DNA of 64,000 nucleotides from Octopus sinensis. Its lineage: Eukaryota. Positions 12,098 to 23,301 of the stretch are shown here, one piece after another. The notes beneath the pieces are model-generated. The model ran no database searches. It had not been told where the DNA came from and saw nothing but the letters and a program-made list of their open reading frames with translations. The stretch's first letter is position 1; every line of letters begins with the position of its first letter. The position numbers and the translations under genes were made by a program. The stretch is taken from positions 9,734,001 to 9,798,000 of the forward strand of contig NC_043016.1 in the NCBI RefSeq assembly GCF_006345805.1. The letters are read 5' to 3'.

Positions 12098-13982
12098 ATG
12101 AGGATCAACTCCTGATAGACAAAACCGTACTTAGAGACTGCATGAGGAAGAAAAGTAACTTAGCCATGTCATAGATCGACTATTGTAAGGCGCACGATAT
12201 GATTCCACACTCTTGGATAATGGAATGTGTGAACCTATTTGGTATTGCATCAAATGTTGAGCAATTGCTTGGAAAAAATATGGCGAATCGGAGGCGGACC
12301 TAACAGCATACGGAAGAAGTTTAGGGAGAGTAGAAATAAAGAGGGGCATCTTCCAAGGGGACTGCCTGTCCCCACTGATCTTTGTACAGTGCTTAATACC
12401 ACTAACACTGATACTGAGGACAGCAAAAGACCGGGTATGTATTCAAAAGCCGCCAACAAAAAGTCAACCGTTTGTTATTCATGAATGACCTCAAACTTTA
12501 TGGTAAAGATGAAGCCGAAGTCAGTTCCCTCGTTGATATGGGGAATACTTTAGTGCTGATATCAGAATGGAGTTCGGACTGAGAAAGTGTGGTGTATTAG
12601 TCTTGAAGAGAGACAAAATGAAATGTATGGACGGGCTAGTGGTACCGTCAGGGGGAAGTTACAAAGGAGATAGAAGAGACGGACTTATAAGTGCTTGGGG
12701 ATTTTGGAAATGGACAAATTGATGGAGAAAGAAATGACAGAAAAACTTATGGTGGAGTACTTGTGCAGACTGAGACTGATTCTTAAGTCAAAATTAAACG
12801 GACGGAATAAGATTGAAGCTATCAACACCTGGGTGGTTTCACTCCTTAGATATAGAGGAGGGGTAATTGCATGGACATTAGACGAACTAAACAACTTAGA
12901 CAGAAAGACAAGGAAGTTGCTAACTAGACATGGGTCACTCCACCCTAAAAGTGACACAGACAGACTGTATGTACCAAGAAAAAGAGAGGGAAGAGGACTT
13001 ATTAGATGCGAACACAGCATAAGATCAGAAGAAAACAGCATAGCATGGTAAGTAAAAAATGCCACAGAACCGCTATTATTAGAAGTAAGAAGATCAGGCT
13101 TGTGTAGGATGAAAGATTGCAAAGATAAAGCACTGTACAAGTAATTGAAATCGAATGAAACTGAAAATTGGTGGGTAAAGAAAAGAATGCATGGTCAATT
13201 TCATAGGGATGTTGAAGATAAAATAGACAGAGAAAATGATGGCTGTGGATGACTAAAAGTGATTTAAAATCGGAATTGGAATCTTTAATATGTGCTTCCC
13301 AAGAACAAGCACTAAGAACAAACTACATAAGCTACAGAGTAGACAACAATTCAGAAAGTGATAAGTGCAGAATCTGCGGACAAAATGGTGAAACCGTATG
13401 GTATATTTCCAGCCAATGTACGCCACTAGTTCAGAAGGAGTATAAGAGATGCCACGACAATATAGCATGGACTTGACAGAGCAAAGAATTGGTATGACCA
13501 CAAACCTGAAGGCATAGTCGAAAATAGAAATGCAAAGATCCTGGGATTTTATGATTCAGTACAACCATGAGATAGAGAATAGGAAGCTGGACATAGTCTT
13601 AATTGAGAAAGAAAGCAAACTATGCTGGATCATAGATATAGCATGCCCAGCTGACAAGATATGCGATAAGGAAGAAAGAAAAGTCGAGAGATATGACAGG
13701 TTAGCTTGGGAAGTTAAGCAGTTGTGATCGATGAAAAAGGTAGTAGTAGTACCAATAATTGTGAGAGCCCTAGGAACAGTGAGCAAAAATCTCAAGAAGT
13801 ACGTGGAACAAATAGGGTGGAGCACTTGCAGGAAACAGTGCTGTTTGGAACTACTTGAATACTCTGGATGATGCTTGAAAAATAAGGAGTGTTACCTTAG
13901 TTCACTGGTAGTGAACTGCTGGCACTGTAGTATATCTCCAGTGATAGAAGTTGTGCAAAGACAATAAATAATAATAATAAAG
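12098..13982 (+). mobile_element. 5'-truncated R4/Dong-clade non-LTR retrotransposon (RT, zinc knuckle, restriction-like endonuclease), disrupted
   Basis: GIFQGDCLSPL, LLFMNDLKLY, KSKLNGRNKIEAINTW, LYVPRKREGRGL, CRICGQNGETV-ISSQC, RKLDIVLI...IIDIACP, and an (AAT)n tail. Multiple stops and frameshifts. Confidence 0.9.
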
Positions 13983-13984
13983 AA

Positions 13985-14372
13985 CATGCATAATAATCGA
14001 CATAACATGCCCTGGTGACAACAGGATCAAAGTGTAAGAAAAGAAAATAAACACGACGATGATTTGAAGTGGGAAATACGAAGGTTGTGGTCAAAGAAGA
14101 GAGTAGACGTGATACCTATAGTAATTGGTACACTTGGAAGTATCAGCACTCAACTACCAACATGGCTGAAAAAGATCGGTGTAAGTATGAAGGTAGAACA
14201 CCTACAAAAATCAGCATTGCTTGGAACTGCAAAATTTCTTTGTAGGGTCCTTGAAGCATGACCAGTAAACATGCGGCACCTTAGTCTGCTGGCTGTGGAC
14301 AGCTGACACTTTCCATCATACACAGCAAAATAAACTGTGAGTTTTCCTCACCTAACAACAACAACAATAGTA
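13985..14372 (+). mobile_element. Second R4/Dong-type LINE 3' end
   Basis: KWEIRRLWSKKRVDVIPIVIGTLG...LQKSALLGTAKFL, followed by a UTR and an (AAC)n tail. Confidence 0.85.
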
Positions 14373-14700
14373 AGAAGAAGGAAAATAGAAACAAAAAAAA
14401 ATAATGAAGTAGAACTGGCTTGACCTTAATTTAATTGTTCTGCTGGATAAAAGGTCATTAAATATGTCAGCATGGTTGATCTTGACAAAGAATCACATCT
14501 CAACAAGTAAATAGGTATGTGTGTGTGTGAGTGTGCATGAGTGCATATGTACATATGTGTGTGTGTGTGTATGTGTATGTATATCTGTCTATCTATTTAC
14601 CTACCTACCTACCACCTACCTACCCACCTACCAACCAACCAACCTACCCACCCACCCACCTACCTTCCAACCTAACTACATATGTGCTTGTTCAGAAAGG

Positions 14701-14746
14701 ATTGCTGAAGAGGTCACAGACATGTGATGAAAGATTTCCTTACAAT
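14701..14746 (+). ncRNA. Candidate type I hammerhead ribozyme
   Basis: ATTG-CTGAAGA-G-GTCACA(gaca)TGTGAT-GAAA-GATTTCC-TTA-CAAT. Both core motifs are intact, stem II is 6 bp, stem I is 4 bp and stem III is weak. Confidence 0.45.
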
Positions 14747-14894
14747 GGACATAAGATAAAATGAGAACAGTAATAAATAAGCAAAGAATAAATATACGCA
14801 CACATGCAGGAAGTAAATAGACACCTTTAATTTTCGAAATCATTTATTTAAAATGCAAAGCTAACAACTGAAATGTAATCGATAGATAGGACTA

Positions 14895-15097
14895 AATACT
14901 TTAGTATTTAGTTGACATTCCCTTTGCAGTTTTTAATTCAGAAACTCTTTTGGGCATTGAACTGATGAGCTTTGTGATTGTCTCTTGTGGAATTTCTGCC
15001 CACTTTTCATGCAACAATCAAAACAGTTCATCTTTAGATTTAGGTATCTGTCGAGTTTTGCGTATAGCTCTATCTAGTATGCTCCACAGAGCCTTTT
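14895..15097 (-). pseudogene. Tc1 transposase C-terminal fragment
   Basis: LWSILDRAIRK...EKWAEIPQETITKLISSMPKRV...KGMSTKY*. Confidence 0.8.
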
Positions 15098-15522
15098 CAT
15101 CATCATCATCATCATCATCATCGTTTAACGTCCGTTTTCCATGCTAGCATGGGTTGGACAGTTCAGCTGGGGTCTGGGAAACCAGTAGGCTGTGCCAGGC
15201 CCAGTCTGATCTGGCAGTGTTTCTACAGCTGGATGCCCTTTCTAATGCCAACCACTCCATGAGTGTAGTGGGTGCTTTTTACGTGCCACCTGCACAGGTG
15301 CCAGATGAGGCTGGCAAACGGCCACGATCGGATGGTGCTTTTTACTTGCCACCAGCATAGGGGCCAGACGAGGCTGGCAAACGGCCACGATCGGATGGTG
15401 CTTTTTACTTGCCACTAGCACAGGGGCCAGACGAGGCTGGCAATGGTCACAATCGGATGGTGCTTTTTACATGCCACCGGCACGGAGGCCAGTCGGCACG
15501 GAAGCCAGTCAGCACAGAGGCC
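15098..15522 (-). mobile_element. RTE LINE 3' end (UTR only)
   Basis: Matches the 3' UTR of the LINE at 52146-53674, with a (GAT)n tail. Confidence 0.85.
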
Positions 15523-16217
15523 AGTCTATAACGTTATTCAATAAAACAACCTTCAGTTTCAGCAACTGCTTCTATATTAGATCTAAATCATCTACATGCT
15601 CAATTCAAGTGGTCCTGGTTCATTTTGGACATTACTCTAATTATGGCAGCTTTCATAGAATCTTTGGTGTTATGGGCATGTTCACTGACCTCTCTCTCAA
15701 CAATGCTCCATATGTAATAATGGATTGAGATCCATTCCTGGGTTACTAGAGCCATGTGTGATAGTGCAGAGTATTACTGAATCACATATGGCCTTCCATT
15801 GCATACAATGTCTATCCAGGGCTTAAGAATTATTTCCAGGAACTCGATGTAGGCAGCAGAGTCAACTCTGAGGCCTTGTGGAAAGAAGTAAGGAGGCATC
15901 ACATGTCCTTCATTGCTGACAACCCCTAAAACCATGACAGTTGCAGTAAATTTTTTTTTCCTAACACTTGGAACTTTAGAAGGGTCTGCACATAATCATC
16001 TCTCTTTTTTTTTTTTAACTTGTTTCAGTCATTTGACTGTGGCCATGCTGGAGCACCGCCTTTAGTCGAGCAAATCGACCCCGGGACTTATTCTTTGTAA
16101 GCCCAGTACTTATTCTATCGGTCTCTTTTGCTGAACCGCTAAGTGACGGGGACGTAAACACACCAGCATCGGTTGTCAAGCAATGCTAGAGGGACAAACA
16201 CAGACACATAAACATAT

Positions 16218-16250
<33 letters not shown>

Positions 16251-16760
16251 CATATATACGACAGGCTTTTTACAGTTTCCGTCTACCAAATTCACTGACA
16301 AGGCTTTGGTCGGCCCAAGGCTATAGCAGAAGACACTTGCTGAAGATGCTACACAGTGGGACTGAACCCAGAACCATGTGGCTGGTTAGCAAGCTACTTA
16401 CCACACAACCATACTCATCTCTTCTGTTAACTTTTTGATCTTGGTTGAAGTTTTTCTCGTTTAAAAAAAAACAAATCAAATTTTCCTCTGCTGGATTTTT
16501 CAGTTTGTTCAAGAGCCTTTTAGATCTGATGTAGTGATTTTCTTTTGCTTTTTCTGACAAATTGACCATTCCTAATCATATAAGACTGATATCAGATGTC
16601 TTCATGGACAACATTTCTGACTGTTCCTTCTAACACATAGAGATCTTTTGCAATTGACCTCATGGACTTTCAGGGATTATAATCAATGGTCTGTTGAACT
16701 TGTTGGGTAAATTCAGGTGTTTTAATGATTTCAGAGCGTTTAGAATGCTTTTTATGCTTT
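15523..16760 (-). mobile_element. Tc1/mariner-superfamily transposon remnant, split by a SINE
   Basis: RSKRLLNKLKNP...NEKNFNQDQKVNRR on one side; VMVLGVVSNEGHVMPPYFFPQGLRV and YYIWSIVERE on the other. Confidence 0.85.
16001..16412 (-). mobile_element. SINE family A inserted in the transposase
   Basis: Near full-length match to family A. Confidence 0.85.
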
Positions 16761-17151
16761 GATACTGGTTCTACTTGTGTTTTTCTCCATCACAACATAT
16801 GAATGAAAAAGGAAGGAGTGATAGATGAATAAGGAAGGAAGGGGTGATGGCAAATTGGTAGTGGGAGCATTACAACTCTGTGTGAGAATATGTGTGTTTG
16901 TGTGTGCATGTACAAAAGAAATATGTGAATGTTTGTATGTGTGAACCAGCATTCTTTCAGTCACAAACAAAGACTGATGTCACATCTCAAAAGATAATCA
17001 CTAGATAACATTGACAAGTGTATTAATTTGAATTACCATCCATATTTATTTATAAATTACTACAATTAGCCATCATTTTTGATGGCACAGGGCCAGCTAG
17101 TTATATAATAAACAGTTATATACCACAATTTTGAAGCTGCAAAATAACGGA

Positions 17152-17290
17152 TCATCGTCATCATCATCATCATCATCATCGTTTAATGTCTGCTTTCCTT
17201 GCTGGCATGCGTCGGATGGTTTGATTGAGGTCTGGAGAGCCAGCGGCTGCACCAGGAGTCGACTGCTTCTGCCACAACTGTTCTTCTGGG
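17152..17290 (-). mobile_element. RTE-related 3' end, diverged
   Basis: (CAT)n followed by CGTTTAATGTCTGCTTTCC...GGCTGCACCAGG. Confidence 0.65.
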
Positions 17291-17387
17291 ATTTCTGGAC
17301 TTACTATTAATACATGATTATTTTTATTGCTAAATGAAAACAGGTCAAATGAATGTACAGTACCCCATCGTACACCCACCCACACAC

Positions 17388-17428
<41 letters not shown>

Positions 17429-17599
17429 TACACACACACACATACACTCACACACATCACTACTACCACCACCACTACTATTAATTAACAAAGGTTCAAA
17501 TAGAACAGATCTTGGATTGACATAATTGATAAATTTGCATTAAATTATGAAAATTATAAACTGGCACCAAATCTAGAATTTGTACAGTAATATTATCAG

Positions 17600-17830
17600 A
17601 TGCATTTTGGACAGACATTACACCACAAGTCATCACTGAAAACTATCCTGACAAGAAGAGTGGAGAAAAAGAAGAACAAGAAGCCATCAAAGATGATGGT
17701 TGACTGATGACATAGAAAAAATGGAGTGGAACCAAGAACCTGACACTGATTGTATGCATGCTGTACAACATAAAGGTAACTAGAGAGTCTTGGCAAGCCT
17801 TCCCTTGGACACAGGGAGAACACCTGGTTG
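17600..17830 (+). pseudogene. Degraded LINE C-terminal remnant
   Basis: HFGQTLHH / LKTILTRRVEKK / DIEKWSG, similar to RTE-type ORF ends. Confidence 0.4.
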
Positions 17831-18621
17831 ATGAATGTGTGTGTCCATGTGTTACACACCGAGAGATTCAGTAAATCTTTATGCCGCACTTGTCATCATC
17901 ATATCATATACCCAGGCCTGTTCCCCATTTTTGTCTTTAGGAGTGGGTAGCCACAACAAGACACACACCAAGTATTTCATTCATTTCCCAGCTCAAAGAG
18001 GCGAGCCCCATTCTATGCTCAGGTCAAGGCATAGAACGCAACACCCAGTATCAGCAGCAGGGCCCAGAAGCATATCCTGGCTTACTCCTGCTGCATCATA
18101 CTGGTTCCATACCCCTTTGAGCAACATCAAAATTCACTCATCCATCCACAAACACTCTCCAAGCTTTCCTATCATTTATAAACTCTCTTGCCTCTCTCAC
18201 TCCAACACCTCTAACCACCAAAGCTTTCCTCACTCCATCAATCCACACAAACCAACCTCTGCTTCTGGTTTTGCTACTCACCACTTCTGCCTTCATCACC
18301 TTCCTTACCATCCACTATAAACTCAATAACACTATAAAATGGTCAAAACTCTTTACACAGAAACTTAGTTTGATTTGAAAACCCCACTAGAATGGGAGAA
18401 AGCTCTAATACATGATCTAAGTTATATGATGTATTAAAACATGTAATATACAAATAAATATCTGTAAATATAAAACCATCTGAATTTCTGAGTACCTCAT
18501 TTCTTCTAATATATATATATATATATACTTTCAACAATTGAGGGTAAAATTAATTAATTAATCAATTTCACCAAGTGTTCAGTATGCAAAGGGACCATTT
18601 AAGGCGAATTCAAATTATTAC

Positions 18622-18885
18622 ATTATATAAAAGGGCTTAGTAAAATAAATTACTTTGCCGCATACTGAACTCATTAGAAATAGCAGCTAAAAAACATTTA
18701 AAACTATTTCTAATACTTAAAGAAACCTCTCTCATATAGTTTTGCTCAATTGAATTGAGCAAACACTATATGAGAGGTTTTCTTTAAGTATTAGAAATAG
18801 TTTTAAAAAAGTTTTTTTAGCTGCTATTTCTAATGAGTTCAGTATGCGGCAAAGTAATTTATTTTACTAAGCCCTTTTATATAAT
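18622..18885. repeat. About 260-bp near-perfect palindrome (fold-back)
   Basis: Arms of about 130 bp meet at GCTCAATT-G-AATTGAGC. Confidence 0.92.
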
Positions 18886-18909
18886 ATATATATATATATA
18901 TATATAATG

Positions 18910-19068
18910 AGATTCTTTCAGTTTCCATCTGCCAAATTGAGTCAGAAGGCTTTAGTCAGCCCATGGCTATAGTAGAAGACACTTGCCCAATGTGCCATTC
19001 AGTGGGACTAAATCCAGAACCATGTGGTTGGGAAGCAAGCTTCTTACCACACAGCCACTCCTGTGCCT
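18910..19068 (-). mobile_element. SINE family A, head half
   Basis: Head and CORE-like region, ending at the microsatellite. Confidence 0.75.
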
Positions 19069-19770
19069 ATGTGGAAAGTCTTTCCGCTGCACTTGTAGAT
19101 GTTGTCAAATGTCGAATTAGGTACTTCACTTTTGATAAACATGATGCCATTCTAAATCTTGAGATGTTCTACTCCATCAAGATACCATTTGTAATTGAAT
19201 CTAAATAACTAATGCATAAATGAATAATTGACGAGGAAGGCTTACTCGTTAAGAAGATAAGAAGAGAAAAAAAAAATTATCTTTAAATGAATAACTGGAA
19301 GTTCTTAAAAAGATATATGAAAATTTTTATAAGAAAGTAGAAAATAAGGCAAAGTCTTACAAATGAAAGCAGAAACTGTGTGAACAGTTGCGTGAAAGAT
19401 AGACGACTGTAAAAGACAAAAAAATGAAGCTGTATTAACTGCAGGCACGCAAACAATAAGGAATAGAAGCAACATCAAGATTGGAATGGTTTGTAATTTG
19501 TCTTTGTGGAGATTGTAACCAGAAAAAAAAAAAAAAAAAATGAAATCCTCTAAACACCATTACTATTAAAAGGAAAGCTTTAAGTATTTTATCTGCTAGT
19601 TCTGTTGGAGTAGTTGCTAACATGTCTGCTTAACATGCACAAAAGGTTGTGAGTTGGAAACTCATGAGAAATTTTTTTTCTCCTGGCATGGCGGCAGGCC
19701 CAATGGCTGAAACAAATAAAAGAATAAAAAAACATAAAGAAAATTTAATGAAGGAAGATAACATTGTAGT

Positions 19771-20010
19771 GTTACGGAGATGTACTTGCATAGCAAGTGA
19801 CCTGATCTGAGATCGTGTGCTGGAACGCAAACAATTGCAGCCTGGCAGGTGTTTATAAGTCATTTAAGAAACACACAAAAACCGTTAGATTCACTTCAAC
19901 ATTTAAGTTTAATTTGTCAAAATATTTTCGTCGCTTTGAGACCACGACCTGTTCACTGACTGAAGCGAACAGCTTTTGTGTGTTTCTTAAATGGCTTCCT
20001 TCCACACTGC
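19771..20010. mobile_element. 240-bp element with internal inverted repeat, flanked by an 11-bp direct repeat
   Basis: AACATTGTAGT at 19760-19770 and 20011-20021. Inverted repeat 19857-19880 / 19974-19997. Confidence 0.6.
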
Positions 20011-20157
20011 AACATTGTAGTTGGAATAAAGGAAAGTTTTTGCTGCTAATTCTGTTTGGCTTTTACTGATTCAAAACTCAAGCAAGGACTTACAAGGATC
20101 ATATAACAGCTGAGGCTGCAAGAGCAGAGAAAAATCTGACAGAAAAATATCTCTTTT

Positions 20158-20362
20158 AATACCCATTTCTTTACTACCCACAAGGGGCTAAATACAGAGG
20201 GGACAAACAAGAACAGACAAACGGATTAAGTCGATTATATCGACCCCGAAAGGATGAAAGGCAAAGTCGACCTCAGCGGAATTTGAACTCAGAACGTAGC
20301 GGCGGACGGAATACCGCTAAGCATTTCGCCTGGCGTGCTAATGTTTCTTCCAGATCACTGCC
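20158..20362 (-). mobile_element. SINE family B (CCCCTTGTGGG-tailed subfamily), with an internal deletion
   Basis: Matches 62512-62748. Confidence 0.8.
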
Positions 20363-20472
20363 TTATCTTTTAGTACCTCTAGTGCTGAAAGTGGCTTTAA
20401 ATCAAAATCTATGATTTCTCAAAGCTCTTAAAGGATATATTCAAAAATCTCTTTTAATGTTTTGGTATTATA

Positions 20473-20891
20473 ACCTATTTAAAAAATAGATCTTTAAAAA
20501 ATAGATCTTAAAAGCAATCGTCTCTTCTGCATAAGCTGGAAAAGAAATGTCATATCCAAGAGCAAAATATGACATTTGCATAGCATCTTTTGTACAAGTC
20601 ACAAAATGCAATGGCATAATAATTGTACATTGTCGAAATCCTCTCAAACCAGGATTCCACAGGCAGATGCAGGACTCCAAATCTAAACATGAATCATCAG
20701 ACATCTTATTTCAAGTTTTATTAAATTTTGACAATGTACAATTATTACGCCATTGCATTTTGTGACTTGTACAAAAGATGCTATGCAAATGTCATATTTT
20801 GCTCTTGGATATGACATTTCTTTCCCAGCTTATGCAAAAGAGGCAATTGCTTTTAAGATCTATTTTTTAAAGATCTATTTTTTAAATAGGT
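20473..20891. repeat. Inverted repeat: 167-bp arms, 85-bp spacer
   Basis: 20473-20639 is the reverse complement of 20725-20891 with few mismatches. Confidence 0.92.
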
Positions 20892-21377
20892 GACCAAAAT
20901 ACCATTATACAATTGGCATCCAGCTTGTTTTTATCCAAATGTCATTATGTTCATCCATCAGAGACTTTTGTTCCAAGTGAAAAAGAGTTGTGCACCATTA
21001 ACCACACCTTCTTGTCTGTGACCATCTTCAAACCAGTAGCAAGACCAGGTCAAAATGACTGAGGGGTGGAGACAGATGCAGTGGATGACCGAGATGTCTT
21101 ACTTATCTCTCCTTGCTCTCTGCATGCCACAATGTGGTCCTGCAGCCACATTCCTCCCCATTGAACCATGAAGGTTTCTTCAGCAAATTCTACCAAATTG
21201 AGTCTTCACATGCATGAGTAGACAAGCCCTAATATGCTAACTAACCCACAGCTGGGACCTTAATATGTGCCACTGATCCAGATCAGAGAAGATCGGGAAA
21301 CAATAGTGATTAAGAAGTGGTTCCATACTCTTCAAAACCCTGGAACGCCCAAACCAGGATTCCACAGGCAGATGCAA

Positions 21378-21610
21378 TTTAAAGTCATCCGATCGTGGCC
21401 GTTTGCCAGCCTCGTCTGGCACCTGTGCCAGTGGCACGTAAAAAGCATCCACTACATTCACAGAGTGGTTGGCGTTAGGAAGGGCATCCAGCCATAGAAA
21501 CATTGCCAGATCAGACTGGGCCTGGTGTGGCCTTCTAGCTTCCCAGACCCCAGTTGAACCGTCCAACCCATGCTAGCATGGAAAGTGGACGCTAAACGAT
21601 GATGATGATA
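21378..21610 (+). mobile_element. RTE LINE 3' end
   Basis: UTR match with a (GAT)n tail. Confidence 0.85.
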
Positions 21611-21784
21611 CCTAGGACTCCAAATCTAAACATGAATCATCAGGCATCTTATTTCAAGTTTTATTAAATTTTGACAATGTACATTATTATGCCATTGCAT
21701 TTGCTCTTGGATATGACATTTCTTTTCCAGCTTATGCAGAAGAGGCAATTGCTGTTAAGATCTATTTTTTAAAGAAAGAACTAT

Positions 21785-22195
21785 TACTCTTTTACTCCTT
21801 TACTTGTTTCAGTCATTTGACTGTGGCCATGCTGGAGCACCGCCTTTAGTTGAGAAAATCGACCCTAGGACTTCTTCTTTGTAAGCCTAGTACTTATTCT
21901 ATCGGTCTCTTTTGCTGAACTGCTAAGTTACGGGGACGTAAACACATCAGTTGTCAAGCGATGCTGGGGGGACAAACAGATACACACACAAACACACACA
22001 TACACACACACACAAACACACACACACATATACGATGGTTTTCTTCCAGTTTCCGTCTACCAAATCCACTCACAAGGCTTTGGTCAGCCCGAGGCTATAG
22101 AAGACATTTGCCCAAGGTGCCATGCAATGGGACTGAACCTGGGACCATGTGGTTGGTAAGCAAGCTATTTACCACACAGCCACTCCTGCACCTAT
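21785..22195 (-). mobile_element. SINE family A
   Basis: Full-length match. Confidence 0.85.
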
Positions 22196-22740
22196 TACAT
22201 AATAAATTGAAGTTACAACAGGAAAAAATGCAGTCTAATTGGTAAAAAAGAGACGATGAGCGATGGCTAGATGTATATTGAGTTCTTCATAACCAGCTGA
22301 TCTAGCAAGCGGGGCCTCATATCAGTGAGGGGGGCCGGTGCGCATTGATGCCGTCGAGAGGTAGGCCCCGAAATGGCGCGCAATCTCTCCTGATGACCCC
22401 ATACACTTGCTAGCTTCCGGTATACGGAGCTTTTAACTGGTAGCACTTGCATGTGCAAGTTGTTTGCAAGACATCTAAAAGATACAATTTAATATATACA
22501 TAAATCATGAGATGGGATGACAGTTAGGAAAATGAAAATGCTTTGGAAATATATCTTATTATAAAAATGATGAGTAGTATTACCCATGGAAATCAGATGG
22601 TCATTTTGGAAACTGAAAAAATGGTTGGAATTTGTAGAGAACAAGAAATATTTATTTTGTTTTGCATTTGGTTTTCAATGTTCTTGATGTGAACTCATAT
22701 GTCGAGACATGTTTTGCTGTGTCGTGGAAGGAACGTTATA

Positions 22741-22972
22741 CCTATTTCTTTATTACCCACAAGGGGCTAAACACAGAGGGAACAAACAAGGACAGACATA
22801 GGTCTTAAGTCGATTACATCGACCCCAGTTCGTAACTGGTACTTAATTTATCGACCGCGAAAGGATGAAAGGCAAAGTCAACCTCGGCAGAATTTGAACT
22901 CACAACGTAAATCAGACGAAATACCGCTAAGCATTTCGCCTGGCGTGCTAACGTTTCTGCCAGCTCGCTGTT
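22741..22972 (-). mobile_element. SINE family B
   Basis: Full-length match ending AAAGAAATAGGTAT. Confidence 0.82.
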
Positions 22973-23301
22973 ATACCAATGATAAACACATACACTGGTT
23001 GTATTTTACTTTTTATTTGTATCAGCTGAAGATTAGCCATTTAACCAATTAACTAATCAACTGTTTGATTAGTCATTCAGCTAGTTTTTCAAGTCCTTTT
23101 CTTGTCTTTTGTGACCGCACCATTAACATACTCTGTTTATTCCAGGTCTGCTTCAGACCTGTCTCTCTCAGTCCTATCATTATAAATGGTATAACGACCC
23201 TCCTGAGATACGACATAGTGAAATATATATTTTCATTTTAAATTATATTTTGTGCAAAGCATTTGATTCTTTACATGGTGTACAAGTTCACACAGATAGT
23301 A

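Noticed and set aside
14942-15042. Apparent + strand exon with AG/GT ends and an open frame
   Set aside because: The opposite strand encodes a clear Tc1 transposase C-terminus.
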